DNA of 57,068 bases, counting the filler, from Streblomastix strix (Eukaryota), in the NCBI GenBank assembly GCA_008636045.1. It is 3 parts of 3 records of this genome, joined end to end, with 100 filler letters (N's around TTAATTAATTAA, not from the genome) between each part and the next. Parts side by side here need not be neighbours in the genome. Positions count along the whole stretch, not along the records: positions 38,130 to 57,068 come from SNRW01000558.1; 2 more parts are not named here. The stretch is one strand, 5' to 3'. Below, piece after piece: positions 38,030 through 51,700 of this stretch (within the stretch, counting starts at the first letter, position 1; each line of letters starts with the position of its first letter). The position numbers were made by a program, and so were the translations under genes. The notes below the pieces were generated by a model, which was not told the origin of the DNA, did no database searches, and saw nothing but the letters and a program-made list of their open reading frames with translations.

Positions 38030-38129
38030 NNNNNNNNNNNNNNNNNNNNNNNNNNNNNNNNNNNNNNNNNNNNTTAATTAATTAANNNNNNNNNNNNNNN
38101 NNNNNNNNNNNNNNNNNNNNNNNNNNNNN
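38030..38129. other. Artificial contig linker
   Basis: N44-TTAATTAATTAA-N44. Confidence 0.97.
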
Positions 38130-38329
38130 TAATCTAAAATAATTGAAAAATATACTTACTATAGAATCGAATAAATACGCAAATTTTAAAATGGGTGAAA
38201 AAAGATAATTTAAAGAGCTATTTTACCGTAAAATTTACGTGTTTTGAATTTTTATACACGTTGGACCTAGTTGGTCGCATTTAATTGAGCACATATTATA
38301 TCTTTCATTAGTAGAGGTTTCTTAAACCA

Positions 38330-41150
38330 TTAACTACTGTTCAGATCTTTCAATTGATTATTTTCAATTTCATCTCATTTTCCCGTATTGGCATAATCAC
38401 CACTTAAAAGTTCGAATAATTATCCAGGCAACATTTTTCACATCTATTTATGATTCATTTATCTGTTCATTTGTTGTTTAATTTTTTGATTCATAAATTG
38501 ATGATACATCTATCACTTCATTAACGATTCCATTATTCTTTAATAAAGCAAATTTGTTGCTAGTTTCAACATTCTTTTCTTCAATCTCTTATTCCATAAT
38601 CACTTAATCAACAAACTCTTTAGCTTTTTCATTACTCTTTAGTGCGGCAACTTCGTTGCTAGTTTTGCTTTTACACATATATTTTTTTAGGTGTTTTGGT
38701 TATTGTGACCACTCTAACTTTTAGAGTCGATTTCTGAGCGTAATTCTGGTGTTGAAATTGTAGTCATTTTTGGATTCAATAAAAAGTCAACATATTTCAA
38801 ATTAAATCAAAGAAGATCAAATATTCTCAAATTTTTCACATGCAACTACCGCCTAGACATCTTTTTAGGAGTTTGGGTGTAGGCGTGACAGCGTGACAAT
38901 TTGTGATATGGATAATTCATTTCATTTACCCACTCCAGTTCTATATGCATATTAGTGTCACGTTCATCAAATGATAGACAATTCCTATAAATAATTTTTT
39001 TGATTGTTCAGTTCATTAATCTCTACCTTAATTTCATTGGCTAATCACGTAGTACACAATTCATTGGATTTGGGTTAGTAGTTAGTATAAATGGACGCTG
39101 CACAAACGTAGAAAAAAGACATCACTTTGTCTAAAGACTAATCACAAAATTGACCGCTTAAGACATATTTTACATTATTGATTTCTTTAACCAACAGATT
39201 AATCAATCATATTGTTTATGCATTCATCTTCAACAGCTGCACACATTTACACAATCATTAATTTATATCATAAATTTCCACATATCAACTAATTATTTTG
39301 ATCATTAAAAGTATTTTTTAAACCTAGTATCAAGAAGAAGCGCTCCATATTCAAGAATCCTAATAATTTAGTACATAAATTTCAGAACTAATGTACATCA
39401 ATGTTGACGCGTTTGTGGCATAGGCAAATGGTGTTCATTTTCTATGTTAGAGTAGACCCCATTTTACCTTACTACTCACATATGCATTGTCAACTCCAAA
39501 TATATGACGATGAAGTATTTCAAATACTAATGTTTTAAATTTGATTACAAGTACTCAATAAACAATATCTGATCTGTCTGATGGATCTTTTTTCATATTT
39601 CATCTGTTATTTTCTATAAATGTTTATTTGCCGTAAATGTTGTAAGTACATCGGATGACCCCTTAAAATTCATTACAGGCATTGAGTCATGATAATGTTC
39701 CGATAAAGGTCTTTCTCCTCCTTCAAATTATACTAGCAAAATTATTTTGTCCCCTAATAAACAATTTTCATTTTTAGCAATAGTTTCAATACAATCTCTT
39801 ATTCCCTTATAAATTTCAACTCTTAATTATTTCTAATGGGTAAGAACTAAATTCAGCCTTGCTGAAATTATTGATACAGCAGCATATAAAATGTACTCTT
39901 AGAAATGCTTTCCTATAGAATGAGGCGCTGAAAAGTCTTCCAGAATTATTAATCTAAATCAATAATATTCTGACTATAAAGTAAAATGTTTTTCAATGAC
40001 TCATACAGATACGTTTTAATTTTCATCATCATCGTTTTCTTCTTATTCATCATCATCGATTTTGTTAAGTTCATGATTTTAATTGATTTTGCTAACATTT
40101 GAAATTTTTGACTTTCCAGTTATCCAACTATGTACTCTATAAATAAATATCAAAGGAAATATAATTGATACTCTATTTGGATCAGTAATTTTAAAATTTT
40201 ATAATCGTCTATTTATAGGAATTGTTGAATAAATAGCTTCAGAAATGGTACAATTATCATTTGGAACATCGATTATTGCAATTACATTTGCTAGTTGCAG
40301 GCAAAATATTTTATCTTTTGGTCCTATTCCATTATTTTAAAATAAAATTTTTTATTTAATTGAATTGATTGCTCTTGCAAAAAGATTATATTAAATCATC
40401 AAATTGCTTAGTTATCACATTAATTCAGGATCACACAATAAATTTTCTTCATATATTAATCTTTCATCAATAGCCGACTTGATATTTATGAGCAATTATT
40501 AAGTGTATATATGCTTAGTACAATATAATAGACTTATGTAAGTAAATGGAAGATTCATTGCCTTCAATATAAATGGTCTTCTTCCTTGGACATTTGTTAC
40601 TTTTCCTTATAAAGATACAAAAGCTAATGATGAGTTTAGTAATGTTATGTTTTCGACAAAATTTTAGTGATGTTAATTATTTTAGCTGAAAACTCATCAT
40701 ATTATTCTTTCTGTTTATTTTCGTAATACAAATTTTACTTTACCTAATTTGCAGCAACTATCAAATATAGTGGAATTTTTATGCGTTTCTTCCAGGAAAT
40801 AGAATGCACCACTAGATGTTCATTATATATTGAATTTTTCTTTGCGATAATGAAGAATATCATTGTTTCCTTGTTTAGATTTTATATATTTATTGATTCA
40901 TTCGTCTTTACTCTTCAATTTAGTCTTAGCTATCGCTTTTACATATCAATTGTTTATTGTTTTATGTTCGTTTTCAACTTAGGTTTTGATGGCTCTTTTG
41001 CGTTTGCTCTTTTAGTTTTAGCAGAGAATATAATTGAATTTGAGGAATATAGTTACATTTCGTTTAATATTTTAGCTGGTAATGATAATTTAGATTACAT
41101 TGTATCTTGGTGTTGTTATAATTGTAAACTAAATTATTGTTCAAAATTAT
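38330..41150 (-). pseudogene. Heavily decayed ORF, possibly a hAT-like transposase
   Basis: Long protein-like minus-strand frames with stops and frameshifts (QLSNLMIQYNLFARAINS...KHFTLQSEYY*FRLIILEDFSAPHSIGKHF...WVNEMNYPYHKLS...RRQLHVKNL). Weakly hAT-like; interrupted by the MITE at 39073-39480. Confidence 0.35.
39073..39480. mobile_element. ~408-bp MITE with imperfect TIRs and (T)GT..ACA ends (Ginger-like)
   Basis: Left GGTTAGTAGTTAGTATAAATGG; right reverse complement TGTGAGTAGTAAGGTAAAATGG. Flanks TTTG / TATG are a possible degenerate 4-bp TSD. A second copy starts at 37726. Confidence 0.7.
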
Positions 41151-43651
41151 GCACAAAAGGTAGATTAAAGCTTATCTATGGTGCAAAATAATTATTATAT
41201 TGAAGATTATGCATATGTTAATACTTATGAATTTAGCTCATTTGCATATGAATTTTTTAAATAATTAAATGCATCTTAAACATTTAAATATTTTACTTAA
41301 TTGTCATCAAAAAATCCCCACTTTTTCATTTATTGAGGTAAATTATTTCAGAAAATTGGTTTGATTAAGAAATAAAGTGATGTATAATGATAACTAATCC
41401 ATTACTATTCAAAAGGAATGTGAAACATTATTGCAATTATGTTATATTGTTCGTAATGAGAGTTATTTCATGAATTGTAGACTAATTTTTATTATCTAGC
41501 ATTTGATTTACAGAGAAAGTATGAAAAATTGACGTTTGAAAGTGTATATGAGGATTACTTAATATAAAGATAAAATGGATAATAATAATAATATGTATTG
41601 ATAACGGGAGAATGGCATGATGAGAAAAAGATTAAATGAAGATATTGAATTTAAGAATTAGTTTCCTTTAACAGTGATATGCATCAACGCTATATTACAG
41701 CAGTCTAGTATTTCATTCAAATAATATTCTTCAATTCTGTTCTCTTTTGAATTTTTTCTGTGTTTTTTTTCGATTTGTTTTAATAAATTTTAATAATAAA
41801 TATTAATAGGATTCGGAATTATATATTTAAATTATTTAATATAAGAGCAAATAAATTTGAAATAATTTAAAATAAATAATTCTAAAAATTTAAATTATTT
41901 AATTTTAAATTTATTAAATAATAAAAAAATAATTATATTTAATCCAATTTTTCATAATGATGATTATCACAAATTAGGTAGACTATCATTATTGTCTCTT
42001 GCACCAATAATTGACACTTTAATATATTCTTATCTTTCTTTTTTAATGTATTTTTTGATAATTTAAGCAGTATAGTCTGTGAAATCATAAACATTTAATT
42101 AATTATATTTATTAATGTATAAGACACCAATACTTTAATTTGATAATCTTTATTCATTGATTTTATCATCGGCAGATTATAGTTTTGGGTCAGAAGAAAA
42201 TATTTATTATTCAAATATAAAATTTGATTTCATTTATATTTATCTTTATATGTTATTTGAAGTAATTATTCATTATTATGAATTAAAGGCAAATATCTTT
42301 AAGCAAACAATTTCGAGTACAATTTCGGTTTGAAGACTAATGAATCGATTTCTTGATATTATTTGCATATGAAACATTTAGCCTGCTTATGTCAGTTGTG
42401 CTCAAAACTCCTAGAAATAACTGGTGATAATTTAGCCATTATCGTACGTAATTATCGGAAGGCTGCAACAATTCTTGATAAAAAATCCTAACAAGGCCGT
42501 TTAGTCGCAGATACGGAGCTCTGCTATAAGCTAAACGTAATTCTGTTGATTTTGATAGCATAAGTCTTTATGCTACCTCAGGACTGGTTGTCACCTTTCC
42601 ATGAGCAATGTATTAACGAATTTGTTCAGCCTACCTTGAACTCGTCTCAAATGTTAAGTAAGATGGTAATCAATTTTGTCCTTGGGTGAATTACGAGCCC
42701 CTACACTAGCTTCGTGCAATGCTGCATATCTTACGTGTCACAATTCTCTATTCTCTCGCGTGGAACGTCGGTTGTCCGGGAAACAATAATAATCAAGCAA
42801 GGACGAGCTACGCAAGGCTGCCTCGTCGACGAAAAGATGATAAAGGCTTGAAACTACGTTTTGGCAGTAAACATTTTCCCATTTAAATAAATAGGAATTA
42901 AATGAACAATATGAAATTTTTGAGCAAATAAAATATGCTTGAATTAGTTTGAATTTTTTATTTTGACTTAAAAATATAATTCATGTAAAATAATATATAT
43001 ATATATATATATATATTGATTTTCCTACGAAGTCAAGAAGAATGAATTTAATATTGTCCAAACTGAGCCTGATTTTAGAAAAACTATACTCGTTGTTGTT
43101 ATTTTTGATTTATGCGTCTCGATTGATTTGCAAAATTATTCGGATTTTGGAATAGAGGCATGACCTTTGGTACAGCGGTGGGTATGTTGAAATATTCCGT
43201 TAGACTTTATTGTCACGTACTTGAAGTAGCTACAGCTTGTTACGTAGACATGTATTTGACAAATTGAAGAATCTCTTTCATCTTATCTTTCGATTCTTTT
43301 CTCAGAACACTGAATGCATCTCCATTTTTTCCAAGGATTGCTTAATATTCCTTAACCACGAGCCCCATATCTCTTCTTCGTTGCGCTTCCCCAGCAATAA
43401 ATCTGGCTGTATGATGGCAGGACAAAAAGAATCTTTAAGTTGCAGGGAATTTACTTTGAATTAGTGCTGCCGAGCCTGCAACGCACGCTCGTTAGATTAA
43501 TACAGTCAGTTGTGCAGTTTCGATTTCCTCTTCCGGGTCACCACTGCCTGTACTTGGCTTCATTCCTTATTCATTAAACTCCAGTCCAAGCACATACTGT
43601 TACCTATCGAGTGGAGCTTCCATCTTCTGTTTCGTGGCGCATTCTCCCGTA

Positions 43652-45405
43652 GAGTAGCACATAATTGATGTTTACAGTATAATAGAACTTTACATTATAT
43701 ATTTTTAATATAATAAATAATTTATTTTATCTGTCAAAAATAATTACATACAAAATGTCTTATTAAAAAAGTTTGTTTTTTTAAACAGCTCCCATTTTAC
43801 ATACTAAATCTACTTGAGTGGTGCAATAGCTATGGCTGCACTTGTGCCATTTAAGAAGATTAAAGAAGGTGTTTTCTAAATTTTAGAGTATCGAACTGCG
43901 AGACAAGATCTTCGTGACTTCTCAAGGAAAATGTGCACGAATAAAAACGAGCAAGCAAAGGCCTTATATGAAAGCGTAATTTCATATTATCCAGAGATCT
44001 GGAGTCTACGAAGATTCGCTGAAATTTTTGAACTGTCACATACATATCTTGGCTTAATCATCAATGATAAAATAAAGCCGGAAAGAGAAGAAGCAAACAG
44101 CAGAAAGTTCACGGACTAACAGGAACGTGTAATGATTAAACATGCACTTGACAAATACAATAAGGGGGACCCATTTACTCACGTAACATTTTTGGAGTAC
44201 ATTTAGCTGTAGTTTCCCGACAAAACGATCACAATTGGCTTCATAAATTCATTTTTGATTCGCCGCTTGGGGGAGATCACAACAAAAATGGCTTCGCCCT
44301 TGGAATCATGCCGTTTCGATGTAAAAATTGAATCTACAGCAGCATACAGAATTGAACTGGAGGAAAGCGTTGTTGGCGTGCCGGCATGTCTGATAACGAA
44401 TTGTGATGAATCAGGGCTTCAGGAGTTCGTTGACTCACATAATAAGCTCGTTCTCTGCCCATTGAGTGATAAAGACGCTGATTGTGTATATAGTGTAGTA
44501 AGAGATGGGAAACTGGTTTCTGTACTTGCAGCTATATGTCTAGATGGATCGTCTTGCTGCCCTGCCGTAGTCGTACGAAGAAAAACATTGGATGACAACT
44601 TATTTACACATGGTCTCAGAGATGGAAAAGATTGTGTAATATATACATCTGTTAAGGGCTACGTATGCGGGGAGCATTTTTACAAGTGGATTGTCGAGTG
44701 CTTTATTTCGTTTATTAGAAATTAGAGGAAAGAATACAATTTGAAAGCAACAGAATGGGGAGTTTTGCTAATGGATGGTCATGGAGCCCACTTTGGTGAT
44801 GAAACATTAAAAGCACTTGCAAAGGCACATGTACGCATCGTTTAACTACCGGCGCACAGCTCTCACTGTTTCCAGCCATTGGATTTGTCCACCTTTCACG
44901 CAATGAAGTCTCTTGTTAAACGTCAAGTTACCGGGTTTGAACCAAAAAGCTAAGGTGACAAGGTATAGCGATCCATAATGGCTTTATAACGGTCCTCTAC
45001 TCCTTTCACTAATATGGTTGCTTTCAGAAAAGTTGCTATTGTGCAAAATTTCGCAAATACACCAGCAACTGTTGTCATTGACGAAATATAATTTGGCCAA
45101 TAGGTAGACAAACTCCTTGGCGATCGAAAATAATGACAATACTAATATTTTGAATAATATAACACTCACAAATTCAACTTTTTATCATTAACTATTTTTT
45201 AATCATTTTTTCAACTAATTGAGTGTCAATTGACACACATTCATATTATATTATCATAAATAAACGAACTATATAAAACTGATATAATAATTAATATGTT
45301 ATTTATTTTAACAATATATAACATGAAATTTAATTTTATTTTTTTTTTAAATTTTTTTAGTACGTAAAGTTCTATTATACTGTAAACATCAATTATGTGC
45401 TACTC
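43652..45405 (+). mobile_element. Intact pogo-like DNA transposon, 42-bp perfect TIRs, TA TSD
   Basis: TIR GAGTAGCACATAATTGATGTTTACAGTATAATAGAACTTTAC (43652-43693) and its exact reverse complement (45364-45405). TA at 43650-51 and 45406-07. Confidence 0.93.
43832..45136 (+). CDS. pogo/Fot1-like DD35D transposase (HTH + DDE_1), 434 aa
   Basis: Uninterrupted under TAR=Gln: WSLRRFAEIF (HTH-like), ITNCDESG, VLLMDGHGAH, LPAHSSHCFQPLDLSTF. There are 35 residues between the second and third D. Confidence 0.9.
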
Positions 45406-46594
45406 TAGGATCGAGTTTATCAGTGCTTTTATGGTAGTATGTCTCGTACATTATTGTATTTGCATCGAGTTGTTGTTTCAATGCAATCGCTTGCGGCGAG
45501 TTAGATGGTCTCCCTATAGGAATGCGCATACGAGGCGGAACGGCATTTATTGTTTGTTCATCGCGTTTCTCTTCAGAGGCGGGTCCTTTACAAGTTCCAA
45601 TAACATTGCACTCCTTCTCGTACCTTTAAATAATATTATTAAGATCAATACTGAGTATTTACCAGAAATATTTCAGTTTTGTTTGATTCGACCCATTTGA
45701 AAGGTCGCTGTATTCCAAATAAACAATGGAGGCCGGATAAAAGGCTTGGGTAGTTTAAAACCCCGAGGAACGATTGGGTTTTATATTTGAAAAATTGAAA
45801 AAAGAAAAAAATTATTAAAATCTTAACTTCATCGACCAAAAATTAGAATTATATGTATGTATATTGTGACTTATTAATAAATTAAACATATTTAATCTTT
45901 AAATTTGTTAATTTTTAAATAAAATTTGAGATACATGAAAGAATTGATAACTAATAAAAATAATTTTATTGAAGTTAACTGTAGAATAATGGTCAAATAT
46001 ATCTAACTAAATAAGTTAATAAATATACAAATTTAAAAAAATAATATAAAAATTAAAGATAAGGATACTAGCTGAGGGTTATACTGCTGAGATTAAAATT
46101 TTACCAAAAGTGCTAGTAAAGGTTTATTTGAATCCATATTTTATTAAAAAATATCTTTATAAAATTAAATAAAATTAATTTTGTAGAAGAACAGTGGATT
46201 ATACTTTAGTTTTTAAAGACTCAGACTGGGTTGGGTCAGGACTGATCGGGTGTTTTTTTAGCCAAATTTGGATTGTAACAAGAATTACGCACTTGCAAGA
46301 TAATAATATATAAATTGATTAAGATAGAAATAAGATATTGATATAACTACACAAAATTATAATAAATATAGTAAATAATACAATTAACTGGGCTCAAAAA
46401 AGAGTTTACCCATAATGACTGCTACAAATTTTGAGGAAAAATAATTTTTTACAGAAATATTATTTAATATTTAAAAAATATTTAAACATTTTATATATAA
46501 ATATTAAAATGAATTTAATATATTATTATTCATATCAGAATTTATAATAAAAATTTGATATTTTATTTTATTTTATTATTTTTGATCGCTATTT

Positions 46595-46644
46595 CTTGGT
46601 TGGGTGGGTAGGTCTGGCTCTGGGTGGTTGGGTTGGCAACCCTA
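46595..46644. repeat. Isolated hAT-type terminus with (GGGTT/GGGT)n subterminal repeats
   Basis: Reverse complement reads TAGGGTTGCCAACC followed by CCCAACC-type repeats. Partner end not found. Confidence 0.4.
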
Positions 46645-46691
46645 AGAAAAATATTACCTTCCTAAAAAATTAAGTGTTTATTTTATCGGTA

Positions 46692-48368
46692 TAGGCCTGT
46701 CAAAAATCGGTCCAAAATTGCCAATTTTCGTACAGATTTTAAAAATTTATGCGGATTTGTTTTGAATATAAAATATGAATATTTAGTATATTTACACTTC
46801 ATTTTTAGTGATTAGAAAAATCCGCATACTCAGAGATGGTGATTTCCAGTTTTTTATTTTTTTTCAATATCCGTCAGTCACAATAATTAAAAATTACATT
46901 TTGTTATGTTTTCATACATTATATATTATTATAGGTCATATATATACGATAATAACTAGGCCTGGTGAAATTTTGTCAAAAAATAGGTATTTCCGGCCCG
47001 GCCATACGCGGCTGTTTCCGGCTCTTTATTTTATATTTATATGATGTAACAATATATGTGTGATATATATATGGTGGCATAATCATGGAAAAGTGCGAGC
47101 TACCAGAAATTAATATTTTTTTTATTTCTCCTATTTTAGGGATTGTGAATGGTTTAATCTAATTTATTTCTGTTTATTCTCGCTTCATTTATTGTATTAG
47201 GTTATATTTACTAACTTAAAGAAAGAATTTATTATTAGGTTAGTGCTATGAAAAGTTTTATTTTATACACTAATTTTAGCTTTATACATAATACAATTTT
47301 GTTTTAATTGTTTGAGTTAATAAATTTTAAAATTCATTTTTTTAGAAATGGTTATCTGATTTCATTTTATTGTTCAACATTATCATTATTTTTCTTTCAT
47401 AAAAATATCCTTGCTTTTTATCCTTGTATATAATGAAAAAATACTTATTTTCTGAGAAAATGTATATAAATCATGTTATTAAATAAATTTAAACTTAAAA
47501 TATTAACATTTGGTGGTCGTATTCATCACAATTTGACAAAAAATAAAAAACGCAAATTTCAAACCTAGAGGTAATTTTATAAATTATATATAAGAATTCA
47601 TACTTATATTAAATATAAATTTAAAATATAATAATTTTATTAGTTATAACATTCAATTAAAAAAAATTTTTTTTCAAAATTTTTTTTTTCCTTATAAAAT
47701 TTTATTAGATAGCCGGGGTAGGCCGGGTCAATAAAAATCAAAACCCGGCTTTTCCGGGCATGGCCGGGATTTTTTGCCAGCCCTAATAATAACATGTTTG
47801 CAAGTTGTGCGGGTTGTAAAAGGAGAGTGATTTTTTCAAGCAATGAACTTCTGCTTTCCTTACATTTATAATTATGTTTTATATATTTTGCATTAGTAAA
47901 TATATTAATTATAATTATAAATATATTTATTTCTTTTGTGCATATTTTTAAAGTGTCTACTGGGAATTATTTGCACTGTTGAATTTTCTAAAATGAAACC
48001 TTACCCTAAAATAGTGTAAAGCTTTCTAATATATATTATCTTGATTTCAATCATTAGTAGACATACCATATTTACCATTGCACCTTAATTTGCTAACAAA
48101 TCACTTGTATTTTGAAAGAAAAATATTTTTTGCGTTCTTGTCAACCAGGCATATTAAAGACATATAACTATAATAAACAATATATATAATATATTGATTG
48201 ATTTATTATCATAATATTAAGATTAAATTATTTACCTACAAAAATTTTTATTGAGTTTTTTAAAATTTTTTTATTGAGCTTTTCAAAATTTGACTTACGG
48301 AAAAATCCGTATTCCTGATTGCTGTGCGGAAAAATCCGCACTTTCCGTCCGTCATTCCGACACCCCTA
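46692..48368. mobile_element. Non-autonomous hAT element (outer), 8-bp TSD TATCGGTA
   Basis: Ends TAGGCCTGTC / GACACCCCTA. Identical TATCGGTA at 46684-46691 and 48369-48376. Subterminal TCCG/CGGA repeats. Confidence 0.85.
46957..47785. mobile_element. Non-autonomous hAT element (inner, nested), 8-bp TSD ATAATAAC
   Basis: Ends TAGGCCTGG / CCAGCCCTA. Identical ATAATAAC at 46949-46956 and 47786-47793. Subterminal CCGG repeats. Confidence 0.85.
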
Positions 48369-48777
48369 TATCGGTAAAATTACAAAGAAATATTATAATT
48401 AATTATATAATATTTATACAATATCATTTATAAACGTTATATAGTATGAACATACGCAGACATTTTTCTTCCTAATTTGTTTCAATTTCGATCATATTCA
48501 TCAGTGCGGACTATTTATTTGTGTATTAAACCAACATATTATATTAAACTATTAAAATTTTTATTAATACAATTATATTCATGCCTACATTGAGCGAGAA
48601 TTTAAAGAAAAAATATAAAATCGCATTTCATTTCATCGTTATGTTCACGGACCGAATTTAACATCAAAAATTTAATATTTTTATATTATTACATAATATT
48701 ATTTATTACAATATCATTCTTTCCTACTATTTCCTCTATATATCTACAAATCATTCTTTAATAATTAATATTCTTAG

Positions 48778-51700
48778 ATGGAAGGTTATATGAGTGATAT
48801 TGTTGCTGAGGAATCTAATAATTTCAACATCAGATAAATTTGGCCGACTCTCGAAGATCAATACAGTTAATAGTATAATAACTCAATTCTCTGCGAAATT
48901 GCTGTTCTTGAGCAAAATTTTATTATGAAGGAAAATCTTATAACAGATTGGTCGCAGAAAAGGAAATAAAATAATTTTCGATTTTTAAAATCAGGAGTTA
49001 CAAAAGAATTGGCTAATCTCATTGCATTCAACACAGTTCTTATTGAATTAAAAGATAAATGTAAAATATTCTATGAACTTTCTTAGTAGATTATTCAAAG
49101 TCGGAAGAAGATCCTTGCTCTTGAGCAGGAGATATGGGATACATCAAAGGTCGATGTCCCCAAAGAAATAAGAGAAAAGGTTCCTAAATAATATTCGGGC
49201 AAATGTGGAGAAGGACGAGATGCAAAATAAATAATATTATAAGATCCATAACCAATATTTAATGAATAGAAGAAGTGTGAGATGGAAAAGGAGATGAGTA
49301 ATGTTAGAGATATTGAATTGTCAGGTGCATTCATTAGTGCTCGTGTTGGAATGCTACAGGCGCTTACATTAGTTGAAGAAGCTGTTCTGAAGCTTTTGAA
49401 TAGTAAAAATAAAGGAGAAGCTCTATCAGAAGGGACTAATCTAGGAGAGAGTATACCATGGGCTGATGGAGAAGGAGATGATATTGGAAGAGAATTGACT
49501 ATATTATGCAAATAAGGGAAAGAGATGAATAATGCATTCTAAGAATTGGAATAGAATTAAGACATGTTTGACTATAAATTGTTATTAGAATAAACTCAAA
49601 AGAAGGGGTAAATTGATATTGATAAACTTAAGGATATTTTATCTATTTTCTTCCATCATGAAAGAGAATGCTATACAGTTATTGAAAGAAAGAAACATGC
49701 AAATGTTAATTCAACACTCACTAATATTACTTCTCGTATTGTTGATCCCGCATATGGATTCTTTTCAATCAATATAAGGAGATTGATTGAACGTATGGCT
49801 CTTGTTTTGATATAGAAAGATACAATTCATGGATAACTCTTCTTATTATATCATATATTACATACTCCTAATTCAAGTATCTGGGCTGTTCGTTTTCTTC
49901 AAACCCCATAATTTCAGGCTTTGAATGATAGCTCTATTTAATCTCTCAAAACACAAAATACTGAAACATCAACATCCACTGAACACAATTCATTACTTGT
50001 CTAATTCATAATTACAATGCATTCACTCCTTGCATCTCCACACAGAGCTTCATTTTCTCTTTCTGCTCCAAATGGAATTGGAATTGAACCTCATATAAGA
50101 GGAATGCCATTTGAGAGATCGTTAATCAAATTAATCTGTTTGAATAACAAGGAAGAAAGAAAGAGAATATAATTAAACATCGAGAAATAGAATAAAGATA
50201 CAAATTAAGAAGATAGATAATAAGAATTAGAATAAGAAGAATATATTGATGATGATAGTGATGATTATGATGAAGATGAAAATGGTATTCCATTTGATCC
50301 TTACATTCAAAGACCTGCATATTAAGAAGAAAAATTAATACTCAATGAATTCTATACTAAGAATAGTAGAGAAAATAAAAGTATTGATTTTTACTCATAT
50401 TGCAGAATATAGAGGGATAAAAATTCTAAATTTGCAATTTCATGCAAAGATTATTCCTCATTATTCCAGTAATTATAAATTGATTAAACAATTGAATATT
50501 TGGAAAGAGAAATTACTTCCCTTTTAAAAAGTATTGGATAAGAAATGGAATAAAATGAAAACGAGAGAAAAATGAATTTAATTAAAATTAATCTTAAGTT
50601 TCTTAATCTTCTTTCTGATATATATGTATCTGCTTTAAATTTCTTTGGATCTTGCTAGACTCCAATATATACATAGTAATCATCCCTTGATTTTTCATTC
50701 TAATAACATTTTAAGTCTATTTAAAAGTAAACTTAATAAGATACCAATAATTAATAATAAAATAATAACAAGATTTCAATTGGATCTGAAGTCAAAAGAA
50801 GATTGATGAAGATTATATTCACATTTGATAATATATATAAATAACTATTGACAATTAAGAAAGAAGGGAGAAAAAAAGGAAATGAAAAGTAGAAAATTGT
50901 TGAAGATGAATAAAATGTAGAAAATAATTAAGAAAAAAACAACGAATAATAATAATTGAATAAATAAGAATCATTCTTTAATCACTTGTCTTATGCTATT
51001 GGAAATGCTATATTAAAGCTTATATGCAATATTAGGATAGTATATAATAATAAAAGATTGGGTTTATTGAAATAAAATTAGATGCCACGTTATAAACAAT
51101 ATATTAAATAAGATTAAATAGAAAATGATCATAGTGAAGCTGATGAATAACAATATGAAGAAGAAGTAGAATAAACTTAATCTTCTATTGAATCATCTGA
51201 ATGGTTTCTTCTTTCTTAAATTCCAATATAATCACTTAATTCGAATTAAAAATGGCATCTATTATTATCTATACTAAATGGGGATTATGAAGATGCTAAG
51301 GTAAATTAAATGAATGAATGAATAAACAATAGAATATTAATATATATTTGAAATATTACATTTATTATTATTCAATTATTTGATACTCTTCCTACGTATT
51401 ATTATTATTTTAGGCAATTAGAGCACTACAATTCTCATCCTAATATTCATCATTATCTTAATGGAGACCTGAATCTAATTCAGAGCTGAGATGTTATATT
51501 AATTCAGTTGTTGAAGGAATAAAGAAAAAATCAACAAATAATAAGAGAAGAAGAGTTTAAATAGAAGGAAAATAAGATATTGAGAAATAAACATCCAAAT
51601 CAATATCTCTTATTAATATTATATCAAAATTAGCATCTTTAGATCCATCTGATTCAGTTTCTCAATTTGCTGCATCATTTCTATTTGAATTGCTGGTTAT

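Larger units (their letters stand above)
43033..45630 (-). pseudogene. GC-richer ORF (possibly retroelement gag-like) split by the pogo insertion
   Basis: Removing 43652-45405 plus one TA joins ...HKSTDKLDP|TGECATKQKMEAPLDRQQYVLG...CHHTARFIAGEAQRRRD... in frame. TGA at 43215-43213, after which the frame stays open to 43033. Confidence 0.6.

Noticed and set aside
37726..39480. Apparent long inverted repeat spanning the second linker, suggesting a viral TIR or hairpin
   Set aside because: The two arms are on different contigs and are independent copies of a MITE.
40781..41191. 136-aa plus-strand hydrophobic ORF
   Set aside because: Antisense of a K/N-rich minus-strand frame belonging to the decayed ORF.
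46205..46640. GGGTT-rich tracts as telomeric repeats
   Set aside because: They are short, irregular, internal and adjacent to a hAT-type terminus, so more likely subterminal repeats.
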